From a virus: 44,149 nucleotides of DNA. Position 1 is the first letter of the stretch; the number at the start of each line of letters is the position of its first letter. The DNA is taken from UHGV virus genome UHGV-0110190; one strand, given 5' to 3'. The translations under genes and the position numbers were made by a program. The notes under the pieces were generated by a model, which saw only the letters and a list, made by a program, of their open reading frames with translations, ran no database searches and had not been told where the DNA came from. Below are positions 1-9,352 of this stretch, piece by piece.

Positions 1-248
1 ACACTAAGTACACCCTTCCTCCCGCCACAAAAACTATACTTGGTGGAGTGAAAGTTGGCGATGGCATCAACGTAAGTGATGATGGCACTATATCTGTAAC
101 TGCCGTGTCCTACCCCATCAGCGTAGCTAACGGAGGTACCGGTGCGAATACGGCGGCCGCAGCTCTTGTCAATCTCGGTATAACGATGGGTACAGCAGCG
201 GCTCCTTCCACTGGCACGGCAGGTTCCATCTACATCCAATACACGTAA
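1..248 (+). CDS. C-terminal part of tail fibre/receptor-binding protein (continues from 42622-44149 across the circular junction)
   Basis: G44149 plus bases 1-2 (AC) form codon GAC; the frame then reads TKYTLPPATKTILGGVKVGDGINVSDDGTIS, the same repeat unit as at 43948-44149. Also contains a GGTGANTA motif; stop TAA at 246-248. Confidence 0.88.
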   Translation, partial: TKYTLPPATKTILGGVKVGDGINVSDDGTISVTAVSYPISVANGGTGANTAAAALVNLGITMGTAAAPSTGTAGSIYIQYT

Positions 249-258
249 GGAGGGATGA

Positions 259-1191
259 ATGGCATCTACAGGAAATGTCTCTGTCTCTGTGCAAGAGGGA
301 GCGACTGTCGGAGCTGACCCTTCTTATTTCAAAGTGCGATCCTGGTTGACTTGCGATCAGATCGAAGACAACCGGGTGCATTATCAAGGAACGTCTTTCA
401 TCACCGTCACCGCTGGTAATTTCAATGGCACAACCGTAAGCGTTTCTGGAACGTTGTTCACAGGTGACGTCAATATTGGCGCACCGGGAGCGTATGCGAC
501 CCATCAAAAAGTAGATTTGGGTTGGTTCACTGTAGGTCAAACTTGTTCCGTTTCGATCACGGCGCAATATACGAGTGAAAACGGAACTACCTACAGATCG
601 ACTTGTACGTCTACCGCGTCCGGTGGAGGAACAAGAGATATGGTAGAGGATGTGACGGTATCGGTTGATGGTAGATCGTACATCTCCGGGTCGAACATCA
701 TACCTGTCCCTCCTGATAAGAACGTCGATATTGTAGTCACGAGAGAAGGAGTAACCCCCTTCCCTTCCATCGTAATGCGAACCGCTATATACGATTTGTA
801 CGCCTACGCCGTGTCTAAGAGTGGAGCCGGAGCAACCACGCTATCTTTCTCTACGAATCCCTATGTGTTGTACCTTAACGCTAAAGCTAAAGGAGATTAC
901 GAAGCGAAAGTGAAAGCCTGGTCTGGTTTGGAGGAGATAACCGGCGTTGGAAAGCAATATTACGACGAAGTGATGTACGGTTACATCGGAGTTTATTTTA
1001 GCATAGGAAGCTATACGACAGCTGTACTAAAAGCAGTTTATTGTACTTTCGATTTCAGGGCACAAACTCTCACCATATACGATTCTGCCGGTAAAGCTCA
1101 TTCTGGGGTTCCGTTCGTATACGATTCTGCCGGTAAACTGAGAGACGTGGTAAAAATCACCGTATACGATTCTGCCGGTAAAGCTCATTGA
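259..1191 (+). CDS. Putative tail-associated/virion protein, beta-rich, with C-terminal YDSAGK repeats
   Basis: 310-aa ORF with AAGGAGG SD, directly downstream of the tail fibre; Thr/Ser/Val/Gly-rich. Confidence 0.6.
   Translation: MASTGNVSVSVQEGATVGADPSYFKVRSWLTCDQIEDNRVHYQGTSFITVTAGNFNGTTVSVSGTLFTGDVNIGAPGAYATHQKVDLGWFTVGQTCSVSITAQYTSENGTTYRSTCTSTASGGGTRDMVEDVTVSVDGRSYISGSNIIPVPPDKNVDIVVTREGVTPFPSIVMRTAIYDLYAYAVSKSGAGATTLSFSTNPYVLYLNAKAKGDYEAKVKAWSGLEEITGVGKQYYDEVMYGYIGVYFSIGSYTTAVLKAVYCTFDFRAQTLTIYDSAGKAHSGVPFVYDSAGKLRDVVKITVYDSAGKAH
1071..1189 (+). repeat. Three in-frame copies of TATACGATTCTGCCGGTAAA (1076, 1118, 1163) encoding (I/V)YDSAGK
   Basis: Copies 1 and 3 match over 32 bp with one mismatch (1071-1102 vs 1158-1189). 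Confidence 0.9.
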
Positions 1192-1202
1192 TAGGATAGC
1201 TT

Positions 1203-1523
1203 ATGCAGCCCGAAGCAATCATGCAAACGACCGTTTCGGCGGTCACTCTTCTCAGCATCTTCGGTGGCTTCATTATCAGCATCTACAACTCCAATAAGAA
1301 CCGAATCTTGGGGGACGAGAGACGGAAGCAGGAAAACGTAGAGGTTAAGAAGTCCATCAACGATTTGAGCGAGGAAGTAACAGCTACGAACAAGCGCCTA
1401 GAGGAAAAGATCGACTCCGTTGCCGAGAAAGTGGAGGAACACGCTCACTTTGAAGCACGAATCGCTTGCCTGGAAGGTAAGGTTAGCGGTTTGGAATCAC
1501 TCGTTAAAGTCCTTCATCCCTAA
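1203..1523 (+). CDS. Small membrane protein: N-terminal TM helix plus coiled coil (holin-like/lysis accessory)
   Basis: Hydrophobic VSAVTLLSIFGGFIISIY followed by a charged heptad-like region; last gene of the late operon. Confidence 0.55.
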   Translation: MQPEAIMQTTVSAVTLLSIFGGFIISIYNSNKNRILGDERRKQENVEVKKSINDLSEEVTATNKRLEEKIDSVAEKVEEHAHFEARIACLEGKVSGLESLVKVLHP

Positions 1524-1524
1524 T

Positions 1525-1567
1525 AGAAAACCCCCATAGCCAAGTGGCCGTGGGGGTTTTCTTATTT
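1525..1567. terminator. Probable bidirectional intrinsic terminator between the convergent late and early arms
   Basis: AGAAAACCCCCAT...GTGGGGGTTTTCT inverted repeat with A/T tracts on both sides, at the convergence point. Confidence 0.8.
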
Positions 1568-1753
1568 CCGATTGGTTGCGAAGATAGGATACGTCGAACG
1601 TCTATCCAGCTCTATGCACTTTTGCACGTCTCTGTCCCGTGAATAAAATCACAGGTGATGAATCGTATAATCATCACTCATCCTATGCTCGATGGTCAGT
1701 CCGTACTCTAAACCGCATTTCGGACATGCTGGAAGATCAAACGAATCAAGCAT
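1562..1753 (-). pseudogene. Possible degenerate Lar-like Zn-finger ORF interrupted by an in-frame TGA at 1649-1651
   Basis: ATG overlaps the SSB stop; reads MLDSFDLPACPKCG...HHL*FYSRDRDVQKCIELDRR...NRK* and ends at the terminator. CPxCG start and a KxIExxRR-like end recall Lar-family proteins. Confidence 0.3.
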
Positions 1754-2249
1754 AGGGATCGTCTTCATCATCGTCCGATGACACATCCTCCGCGACTTCC
1801 TCCACCGTATCGTTCTTCTTAGCGTCTCGTGCGTTCTCACGCTCGATGTACTCGCTAATGTCATCCTCGAACGATTCGGCATGTGCGATGACGTAACCCA
1901 AATTGACGTAGGTGTTGTTGCCCTTCTCCGTGTGCTTGATCTTGGCGACGAAGTACTTGCCCAGGGCATCTTCCGGTTCGATCTCACCGTCAGCAGTCTC
2001 AATGAGACCGCATCCCGTTTTCAGCAGGGAATAGAACGCACGCATGGAGTTCAGGTACCACTGGTTCTTCGGGTTCATGTTGTAGTTGTTCCAAACCTTA
2101 CGGCCTTTGCAATCTTCAAATTCACCTTTGTACTCTTTGATCTTACCCATGTTGCTGATGGGCTTCATCTTCGTGACTTTCAGGATAGTAACCCCAGCAG
2201 GGATACGCTCGAAGCCACCGTTTTTCATATCTTCGGTAAATTTAACCAT
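1746..2249 (-). CDS. Putative single-stranded DNA-binding protein (DUF669-like)
   Basis: GGFERIPAG N-terminus, OB-like body and very acidic tail (DDDEDDPYA); follows exonuclease and annealase genes. Confidence 0.65.
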   Translation of the reverse strand: MVKFTEDMKNGGFERIPAGVTILKVTKMKPISNMGKIKEYKGEFEDCKGRKVWNNYNMNPKNQWYLNSMRAFYSLLKTGCGLIETADGEIEPEDALGKYFVAKIKHTEKGNNTYVNLGYVIAHAESFEDDISEYIERENARDAKKNDTVEEVAEDVSSDDDEDDPYA

Positions 2250-3357
2250 TCTGTTCTTCTTTCCTTTTCGTTCTGATCGCTTTGTCCAATGTCACGTACT
2301 TTTCAAAAAGACCGTCTCGCTTTAGTGCGTCGTAGTCCACCTTTCTAGTCGATGAGACGGTAAACACATAAGAACCTGCATCGACGGAATTCTTTCCTTC
2401 GATTTCGTTGATCATAGGTTTGATGAATTGCTGTATCTTAGCGTTCAGCTCTTTACGTTGCTTCTTCAACTGATCGAGCTGATTATCGCGTTCGATGGCT
2501 TCGATCTCATCATCCAAATCTTTCAGCATGGCCAATGTCAATTCTAGCTCATCTTGGTCATCTTGGCTAGCCCCTAATTCAGACAATTCGCATTGACGGA
2601 TAAGGGCCAGATACTCAGCGTCTTTCTTCTCATCGAATTCAGGAGACGTGAGAGTATCCTCGATGAACGTATCCCACCAATCCCGAGCATAACGCATGGC
2701 TTCTTTGATATTGCCGTACACTCCGATAGGCTCTTCGCTTCGTTTGACATGATACAATCGGGTGTTCTCGTCCGTGCATTCGAACTCCTCAGGATAGTCG
2801 TAGTCCTCAGGTTCTAAGAAAGCCACGGGGAAGTACACATCCTCCACATCCAACAGCTCGGCGTAGAGCAACCCCTGTGCCTTATAGTTGTCGGGCACAC
2901 CGTTCACCCAATCTTGCGGTCGGCTGGTGGTCTTGCACTCAATCACAGCTATCGGTCGCACGGGGGTGGAGCTTATCACGTTAGGCTCATCGAACGCCAA
3001 CGCGTCCCACATGCCTCCGAACAGATCATCGTCGAAGAACTCGAAATTCATTTCACGCTTCGCGTCCTCGCACTCGAAGTACTGCTCAGGATCGCGGATG
3101 TAAGGCGACACCATTTCCCTGGCGTAATCGATCAGCTTAGGCTCGATCAGCTTACCTGCGATGGTGTACTTGTTATCCTCGAACGCAGGAACTTTGCACT
3201 TGACGATCTCACACCACGCCTGGAACGGGGTTCCCCAATAGTTCACTCCGATCGCTTTCGAGAATCGACCAGCCGTGAAGTACTTGAACTTCTTAGGAGG
3301 AGATACTACTTTGAAGCGATTGCCATAGATTTCCTTGACCTCCGTGTACCTACTCAT
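2242..3357 (-). CDS. YqaJ/lambda-exonuclease-like recombination nuclease
   Basis: PD-(D/E)xK-type motifs GMWDAL and IECKT, plus the VPDNYKAQGLLY helix and N-terminal NYWGTPFQAW. Confidence 0.8.
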   Translation of the reverse strand: MSRYTEVKEIYGNRFKVVSPPKKFKYFTAGRFSKAIGVNYWGTPFQAWCEIVKCKVPAFEDNKYTIAGKLIEPKLIDYAREMVSPYIRDPEQYFECEDAKREMNFEFFDDDLFGGMWDALAFDEPNVISSTPVRPIAVIECKTTSRPQDWVNGVPDNYKAQGLLYAELLDVEDVYFPVAFLEPEDYDYPEEFECTDENTRLYHVKRSEEPIGVYGNIKEAMRYARDWWDTFIEDTLTSPEFDEKKDAEYLALIRQCELSELGASQDDQDELELTLAMLKDLDDEIEAIERDNQLDQLKKQRKELNAKIQQFIKPMINEIEGKNSVDAGSYVFTVSSTRKVDYDALKRDGLFEKYVTLDKAIRTKRKEEQNG

Positions 3358-4156
3358 TGTGAGCGTCCAAATCTCCCAAGATCGCGTTCGCGGCCTTCTT
3401 CTTCACAATCCAAACGTTCTTCTGGCCATCGAGCCGCTTAGGCTCGCCGTTCTCGAATTTACTAGCCTTGAACTTTTCCAGCGTCTTGCGGAAGTCAGCC
3501 GGAATGTCATTGGCCAACGTTTCCTCGATGCGCTTGTAAACCACCTTGCCGAATGCCACGGTAGCGTATTCATTGACGGTTTTGGTGCTGTCCAACAGCT
3601 CTTTGCGTTGCTCAGCTTTAGCCTTGTCCGTGAGGAAATTGCTGTCGCCGATGGTCGCTTTCATATCGTCATTGTCGCGGTCATTCGTCGGAATCAGGAA
3701 GTTGTTGGTGATGAAATTGCGTATCGCGTTGGTGTTGGCAATGGACAGCGCGTAGTTGTTGCCCACGGAGATACCCATGCCGGAAATGTCAAGCTCGATG
3801 CGCTCCTCACTGTACTTGTCCCTGAACGTCGCGCAACCTGTGATAATGATAATGAAAATCTGCTTGCCGTTGTCGTTCTTGGCGAGCGTCAATTCTGGAC
3901 GGTACGTGCTCCACGTGAACGACATGTCGCACGCATCAGCGCACATGCCTAAAAACGACTTGTACTGCTGAGTGTCCACGTAGTCGTAATCGATGTTCGA
4001 TACGTTACTGTCGAACTTCAACACTTTCGGAGCTTGCTCACGGACGTAGGCCCCGAGCATCTGATAACGCTCCCAGAACGACAGCTCAGCCCGTGGCTCG
4101 CTGGATTCCTCGATCTTCTCATCCGCGACGGGAACCTCTTCTTTTTTGACTACCAT
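3350..4156 (-). CDS. ERF-family single-strand annealing protein (divergent)
   Basis: YDYV motif and GMGISVGNNYALSIANTNAIRNFITNNFLIPT resemble the ERF core; adjacent to the exonuclease. Confidence 0.6.
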   Translation of the reverse strand: MVVKKEEVPVADEKIEESSEPRAELSFWERYQMLGAYVREQAPKVLKFDSNVSNIDYDYVDTQQYKSFLGMCADACDMSFTWSTYRPELTLAKNDNGKQIFIIIITGCATFRDKYSEERIELDISGMGISVGNNYALSIANTNAIRNFITNNFLIPTNDRDNDDMKATIGDSNFLTDKAKAEQRKELLDSTKTVNEYATVAFGKVVYKRIEETLANDIPADFRKTLEKFKASKFENGEPKRLDGQKNVWIVKKKAANAILGDLDAHNE

Positions 4157-6180
4157 CTTGTTTGAAACACCTCCTGTTGATCTTGCCCTGTGAATGCTTT
4201 TAACTTTTCGATCGCTTCTCTATAATACCAGTGTTTGTCTACCTCGTCAATGCCTTTCAGATTGAAATCCTCTAAAGCACAAACTGGCGAACTAGGAAAT
4301 ATGGCCGGGTTTCCTTCACCTTTGCGTTTGAAGAAAGTGAAGCCTTTTCCGCGCGTTGCATAGACGCGGTGAACTTTTCCGTTGATGGACTCGTACTCAT
4401 GGAAGTTCTTTGCTTGGTATTTGGTTTTCGGGATGATTTCATAATCCTTTTGTCCTTCTTTCTGTACCACTCTTTGCGGTGCGTAATTGTATTCTCTCCA
4501 CGGAACACGCCCGGTCTCCGTGTACCCGCTACCGGCTTTCAGAATAACTTGGAAACGCTCCAGATCATTGCATTTCTTAACAGTCTCCTCGACCGATATG
4601 TTGTACAACAAGCTCTTGACGATGGCCTCATCGATGATGGTAGCCGTGTTGGATTTAAAGTCTCCCCCACGCCAGTTCTTAACAGTGCCTCCCTTCGCCT
4701 TGACCTTGCCGGTGTCGAACTCCATGACGTAGTTGTTCACATCACGCTGCCACAGCTGCTTGATAATGTCGGTGTCCACCGTGAACCCGGTCAATTCCTT
4801 CCAATCCTCGATAACCTCATCGAGCACGGGAACATCCTCGTCCGGCACGGACAGCACCCAACCGTCGGTATTGAGCTGCACAATCTCCATATCAGGAACC
4901 CTGTCATGGATGCGGTTCATCAAATCTATGATCAAAAGCTGACCGGTGATACATACGCAAGTTCCCATGAACGGATCGTAGAGCTTATTATACTGATTCT
5001 TCAAACAACCGTAAACCGTGTTGAGCACCAACTTTGCAGCATCTGCCTGTGACTTCCAATAGGCAGCACCTTTGGTATCGCCCTTGGCCTCGCACTCTCT
5101 AATGTGCTTTTTCGATGACATGCGAAGATCGTAAAAGTCGGTGAACAGGTGAACCCACTCGGGAGGTATGCCACGGGAGAGGAAGTTGAAGATGATCATC
5201 ATCGACGGATAGAACGAACCAATGTCCTGAATCAGAACGGTGCGTCCGTTTCCGCTGACGAAATGATCGGGCCTAGCTACGTACCGATGTTCAATCGTAC
5301 CCTTCCTGGGGCCGCTTTTGAACATGTGCGGTACGATACTCCCCGTGCTCGCATGCAACCCTCCAACTCCCATGATCGTGGGCGTGCCGTACAGGTCGAA
5401 CAGAATAGGTTCCAGCTCTTCTTTCCATCCCGAGAACGTGTTGATACCCGACACGAAATCTTGCACAATCTCAGGCAACTTGTCGAAGTCGATAATGTCA
5501 TCCGGCAACCTGTCGATGTAGTACTCTTTACCAAAGGTGTTGATCGGGTTGCAATGAACGGCATGAAGCGCTTCAGAAACCACGCGAGCGTTAGTGTTCT
5601 TCATCATTTCAGCGTCGCTCAGATCGGCCATTTCGCACAACGTTTTTTTGGTGCGGATATAATCGTAACGCAAACGGTACAACCTCTCCGTGGCCTCAAC
5701 GTCGTGGATACAGTAATGAACGGCTCCCTGCAACTCCTCTTCGGTCAACGGACGATCAATGTCGAACGAAACGTTCGTTTCCTCAACGTCCATACCGATG
5801 TTACCTTCGATCTCTTTGAGAGACTTTCGAGGTACAATGTCATGGAACAGATCGATGATAGGAGGTACTTCGACTTCCCAAGATTCGCTTCCAAGATAAT
5901 CCCATGCATCCCTAAAGCTGTCGTAGATGAGAATGTCATTCAGCTCTTTGAGCTGTCGATTGGTGAAGCCCATCAACGTGCCTTTAAGGATATACTGGTC
6001 ATAGTCACGGAAGTTGTAACCGACCAACCATATGTTAGGGTGCTCGGCTATGAAGTCCATCACGGCATCCACGTCGTTGTGGAACCATACGACCTCTCCT
6101 GTCTTGTTGCTCTTGAATACCCAGATCAGGTCGTATGCGTAAACCTCACAGTCTGAGAACCACAATTCAGGCTTGTCCAT
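4150..6180 (-). CDS. Family B-type phage DNA polymerase with N-terminal 3'-5' exonuclease
   Basis: Exonuclease motifs DCE, GYNFRDYD and YCIHDV; polymerase motifs DIGSFYPS, KLVLNTVYG and NTDG. Confidence 0.9.
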   Translation of the reverse strand: MDKPELWFSDCEVYAYDLIWVFKSNKTGEVVWFHNDVDAVMDFIAEHPNIWLVGYNFRDYDQYILKGTLMGFTNRQLKELNDILIYDSFRDAWDYLGSESWEVEVPPIIDLFHDIVPRKSLKEIEGNIGMDVEETNVSFDIDRPLTEEELQGAVHYCIHDVEATERLYRLRYDYIRTKKTLCEMADLSDAEMMKNTNARVVSEALHAVHCNPINTFGKEYYIDRLPDDIIDFDKLPEIVQDFVSGINTFSGWKEELEPILFDLYGTPTIMGVGGLHASTGSIVPHMFKSGPRKGTIEHRYVARPDHFVSGNGRTVLIQDIGSFYPSMMIIFNFLSRGIPPEWVHLFTDFYDLRMSSKKHIRECEAKGDTKGAAYWKSQADAAKLVLNTVYGCLKNQYNKLYDPFMGTCVCITGQLLIIDLMNRIHDRVPDMEIVQLNTDGWVLSVPDEDVPVLDEVIEDWKELTGFTVDTDIIKQLWQRDVNNYVMEFDTGKVKAKGGTVKNWRGGDFKSNTATIIDEAIVKSLLYNISVEETVKKCNDLERFQVILKAGSGYTETGRVPWREYNYAPQRVVQKEGQKDYEIIPKTKYQAKNFHEYESINGKVHRVYATRGKGFTFFKRKGEGNPAIFPSSPVCALEDFNLKGIDEVDKHWYYREAIEKLKAFTGQDQQEVFQTRW

Positions 6181-6187
6181 AATCCGT

Positions 6188-8602
6188 CTAACCTTCGATC
6201 AACGTCTCGGTTTGCTTCGTCACGTATCTCCACACGCGGACAGTCTTTCCGTCTATCCACTTTTGTTCTGCTTTCACTCCACGCTCACCCAGCTTACGGC
6301 TGAGCAGAATCTTGCTCAACGGTTTGGCGATGTTGTTCTCAATGCACCAATCCACATAATCTTGATAAATCTCGTTCGGATTGCTCCAAGTGTTCGGATG
6401 CCGCAAAGGATCGACGATAACCAAACGCTCATCGACGTACTGATCGAAGAATTCCCGCTGCGTCTCACGGTACTTGTTCGATGCCAGCCTGACCGCAGGT
6501 GGCTTCTCACCGTACGTGCAGCCGTTCTCGTAGAAAGCGATCGCACCATCCACAAGCCATTTCAAAATGTACGCGCCATCTTCGGCGATGAGCACATCCT
6601 GAAAGTTCGTTATCATTTCGTCCCGTGTGATTGTGGCATCGAACGGGATAACCGTCAAGCGTCGCCACGTACCCTCATCGTTGTCCTTGACCTTCGGCAG
6701 ATGGTTGGTAGCGAGTAAAGTCGAATGCGTAGGCTCGAACTCGATATAACCATGGTTCAGCACTCGTCCGATCATGGTATCCGATGACACCATGCGCTTC
6801 ACGCTCGCCGTGGACAACACCTGTCCGCTTTCCGTCTCCTGTCCAATCACAAGGCGCTTGCCCTTGATCTGAGCGATGGCGATCTGCTGTTCGTAGTTCA
6901 CCTTCGACATGAGAATATCAGGGTTCACGGAGGTGCAATAATCGCCCAACACCGCTTTCATGATCGAGAACAGCGTGGACTTGCCGTTCGAGCCTGAACC
7001 TGTGGCAATGAGAAGATTTTCCTCGTATACCTTGCCAACGCATGCCGCGCCCATCCGCACCTGCATGTAGTCGATCAACGATTGATCGTTGCAGAACGTT
7101 CGATTCAAAAACTCGTCCCACATGCCGTTGTTCTCGGCGTTAGGGTCGTACACGATGTTCGTCAGCTGAGAGTTGAAGTGGTTCCACATGGGAGGATACG
7201 TCTCTCCCGTGCGCAAATCGACCACGACGTTGGGCGTGTTAAGCTCCCAGCCGTTCGAATCGAACAAGCTAGCAGGTTGCTTCATCATCCCTTCTGCCAG
7301 CTTCAACATGGCGCGGATACCCTTCTCGCTGTTCGTCTTCTTCGCGTGGTTCATGAAGTTAGCCGCAGGTGCCATAATCTCCTTGCCCTCACGGCTATCG
7401 GGCGTACAGCACTCGTCCGAGCACTTGTCCTCCAACATCGACCAGTATTCCTTGGCTATGTACATGACGTTCTCAGCGAACTCCACCGCACACTGTTGAG
7501 CACGGTATTCCTGTCCCAGCTCCCAGTTGGAACCGCAGTAGTAGCACCAACCCCACTCGGAAGTGTAACATAGCTCCTGTGAGAACAATTCGGCGAAGGC
7601 TCTAGCATTTCCCACGTCGGTGTAGTCGTGCAACGGAAGAAGAATCTCACCTTCCGGATTCTCGCTCAAGCGTAACGCAACGTCTGAAATGTTCTTCACC
7701 TTACGGTCATTGTCCGCTGCGGTTGTTGTTGTCATGCTGACAGCTTTGATAATGCTGTTCTCCAAATAATCCGAACGCGAAGCAACCTTATCAAGGTGTC
7801 TGCGATCCTTGGAGTTGACCCACGGGGAATCGAGGAACACTTGCTCGATGGCTTCAATGTCTCGGTTCAACCAGTACGCCAGCTTGCACAGAAGCGCCAT
7901 GTCGTGCGAGCTTTCATCGTCCTCGTGGTCTGTGTCGTTGAACAGACGATGGAGCTTGTCATCATGCGTTAAGCCAATGTCCAGCCATTCAGCGGTTGAC
8001 TTATCCCCATGATCGATGACGATAGCTTCCGGCTTCACAGCGGTTTCGATGGTCGGTAGGTACTTTTCGAACAGCCAGTCGATCTCTTTCTGCATGTTGA
8101 GAACCCGGTCGCCGGATTCATCAACATGATCACCTGTGACCGTCACGAAGTTGTAACCGGTATACACTTCGACACCGGGAACTCGCGTTCGGTCGTTCGG
8201 TTTAGTACCTTGACAGAAGATGTGCAAACCGTTGCCGCTCGGGCTGTACTCCATGTAGGTCACGATAAAGTGGTCCACTATATCTTGCGCCATTTCGGTC
8301 AGCGTGCCGTCATCCTTGAAGCAATCGTCCAAATCGATAGCCATGAAACCATGCAGGAACACGAAGCCAACACCGTCAGCGTCGTGCATTTCCACACCGG
8401 CCAACGCTCGATCGAAGTCGGTGAACATACCTTCGTCGGCCTTAGAACACACCTCACCCGAAAAGGGTGATACGGGGGGCTTTCCGAATTTGCCGTCGCC
8501 TTTATCGATCAGCTTGTAGATGAGCCACAGGGGTACGTCAGTCATTTCCTTTGGGAACGAACGCTTCATAAGCGTATCCAAAGAAATTGTCATCCAGCTC
8601 AC
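6188..8602 (-). CDS. Primase-polymerase (AEP) fused to a D5/P4-type SF3 helicase
   Basis: IDLDDC and YSPSGNGLHIF (AEP motifs); TDVGNA, Walker A GSGSNGKST, TNHLP and GTWRRL (D5 helicase). Start could be 8602 or 8593. Confidence 0.9.
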   Translation of the reverse strand: MSWMTISLDTLMKRSFPKEMTDVPLWLIYKLIDKGDGKFGKPPVSPFSGEVCSKADEGMFTDFDRALAGVEMHDADGVGFVFLHGFMAIDLDDCFKDDGTLTEMAQDIVDHFIVTYMEYSPSGNGLHIFCQGTKPNDRTRVPGVEVYTGYNFVTVTGDHVDESGDRVLNMQKEIDWLFEKYLPTIETAVKPEAIVIDHGDKSTAEWLDIGLTHDDKLHRLFNDTDHEDDESSHDMALLCKLAYWLNRDIEAIEQVFLDSPWVNSKDRRHLDKVASRSDYLENSIIKAVSMTTTTAADNDRKVKNISDVALRLSENPEGEILLPLHDYTDVGNARAFAELFSQELCYTSEWGWCYYCGSNWELGQEYRAQQCAVEFAENVMYIAKEYWSMLEDKCSDECCTPDSREGKEIMAPAANFMNHAKKTNSEKGIRAMLKLAEGMMKQPASLFDSNGWELNTPNVVVDLRTGETYPPMWNHFNSQLTNIVYDPNAENNGMWDEFLNRTFCNDQSLIDYMQVRMGAACVGKVYEENLLIATGSGSNGKSTLFSIMKAVLGDYCTSVNPDILMSKVNYEQQIAIAQIKGKRLVIGQETESGQVLSTASVKRMVSSDTMIGRVLNHGYIEFEPTHSTLLATNHLPKVKDNDEGTWRRLTVIPFDATITRDEMITNFQDVLIAEDGAYILKWLVDGAIAFYENGCTYGEKPPAVRLASNKYRETQREFFDQYVDERLVIVDPLRHPNTWSNPNEIYQDYVDWCIENNIAKPLSKILLSRKLGERGVKAEQKWIDGKTVRVWRYVTKQTETLIEG

Positions 8603-8702
8603 ACTCCAATTCGTCTAACTCCTCGTAATAATAGCGCTCGTTCAAGCACTCGTCACGTTCGGCTATCTCATCGGCTAGCTGACTTAGGTTTACGCTTTCC
8701 AT
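8538..8702 (-). CDS. Small highly acidic protein (54 aa), not in the ORF track
   Basis: AGGAGG SD then MESVNLSQLADEIAERDECLNERYYYEELDELECELDDNFFGYAYEAFVPKGND*; overlaps both neighbours. Confidence 0.5.
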   Translation of the reverse strand: MESVNLSQLADEIAERDECLNERYYYEELDELECELDDNFFGYAYEAFVPKGND

Positions 8703-9033
8703 TTGCGAAACCCTCCTCTACTGCCGCCAATATCTGATTGGTCGAACGTGTTATTGCCTTTTTCAACTCCGTGAACTCCTTGGTTCGCAAACCGCAGTTC
8801 ATGATAAGCTGGTCGCGTATGACGTCGCAAGCATGGTCAAGAGTGGACGGGTACTTCCCCGTGTCCTTCCATTCCATGACTTCTTCGCCGGTATCTCGAC
8901 GAGTGGTCGCACCCCACTCGTAAATGTTATAGCATAGGTGATTCGAATATGGGACTATCTTGTAAAGATTGTTACCGTCCGCATCGCATATAGTCCACTC
9001 CAAATCACCCGTGTCCTTAGCTTGTACGCTCAT
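8668..9033 (-). CDS. Hypothetical phage protein
   Basis: ORF in operon; probable start MSVQAKD, after GAGG, overlapping the upstream gene. Confidence 0.6.
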   Translation of the reverse strand: MSVQAKDTGDLEWTICDADGNNLYKIVPYSNHLCYNIYEWGATTRRDTGEEVMEWKDTGKYPSTLDHACDVIRDQLIMNCGLRTKEFTELKKAITRSTNQILAAVEEGFANGKRKPKSASR

Positions 9034-9352
9034 AATAACCTCGCATTTGGTTCTTAAGTCGAACAGCATTGATCAAATCTGTATATTCTTCGTCATCGAC
9101 ACCATAAAAACGAAGAATACTTTCACACACATGCATAACGTCGATGAGTTCCATCAAAGCGTTCATTCGCTCAACGCATGGAGCAAATCTATCGTTGGGA
9201 GCAACAGACATTCGAGCTGCTTCATATACATCCATACTTGCTTTTACTTCTTCGATTTCTTCGTCAAGTTTCGCCATAAGAGACCTGTTCGAAACATCAA
9301 GCTTTAGTTTAATCTTCGGGAACAAGTACCCTCGATTTTCGCTCAGCTTCAA
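9017..9352 (-). CDS. MazG-like nucleotide pyrophosphohydrolase
   Basis: KLDEEIEEV ... MELIDVM (EExxE ... ExxD all-alpha NTP-PPase motif); GGAGG SD before TTG. Confidence 0.65.
   Translation of the reverse strand: MKLSENRGYLFPKIKLKLDVSNRSLMAKLDEEIEEVKASMDVYEAARMSVAPNDRFAPCVERMNALMELIDVMHVCESILRFYGVDDEEYTDLINAVRLKNQMRGYYERTS

Noticed and set aside
1071..1189. Three spaced direct repeats as a mini CRISPR array
   Set aside because: Repeats are in frame within a coding sequence, spacers are only ~22-25 nt, and there are no cas genes or leader.
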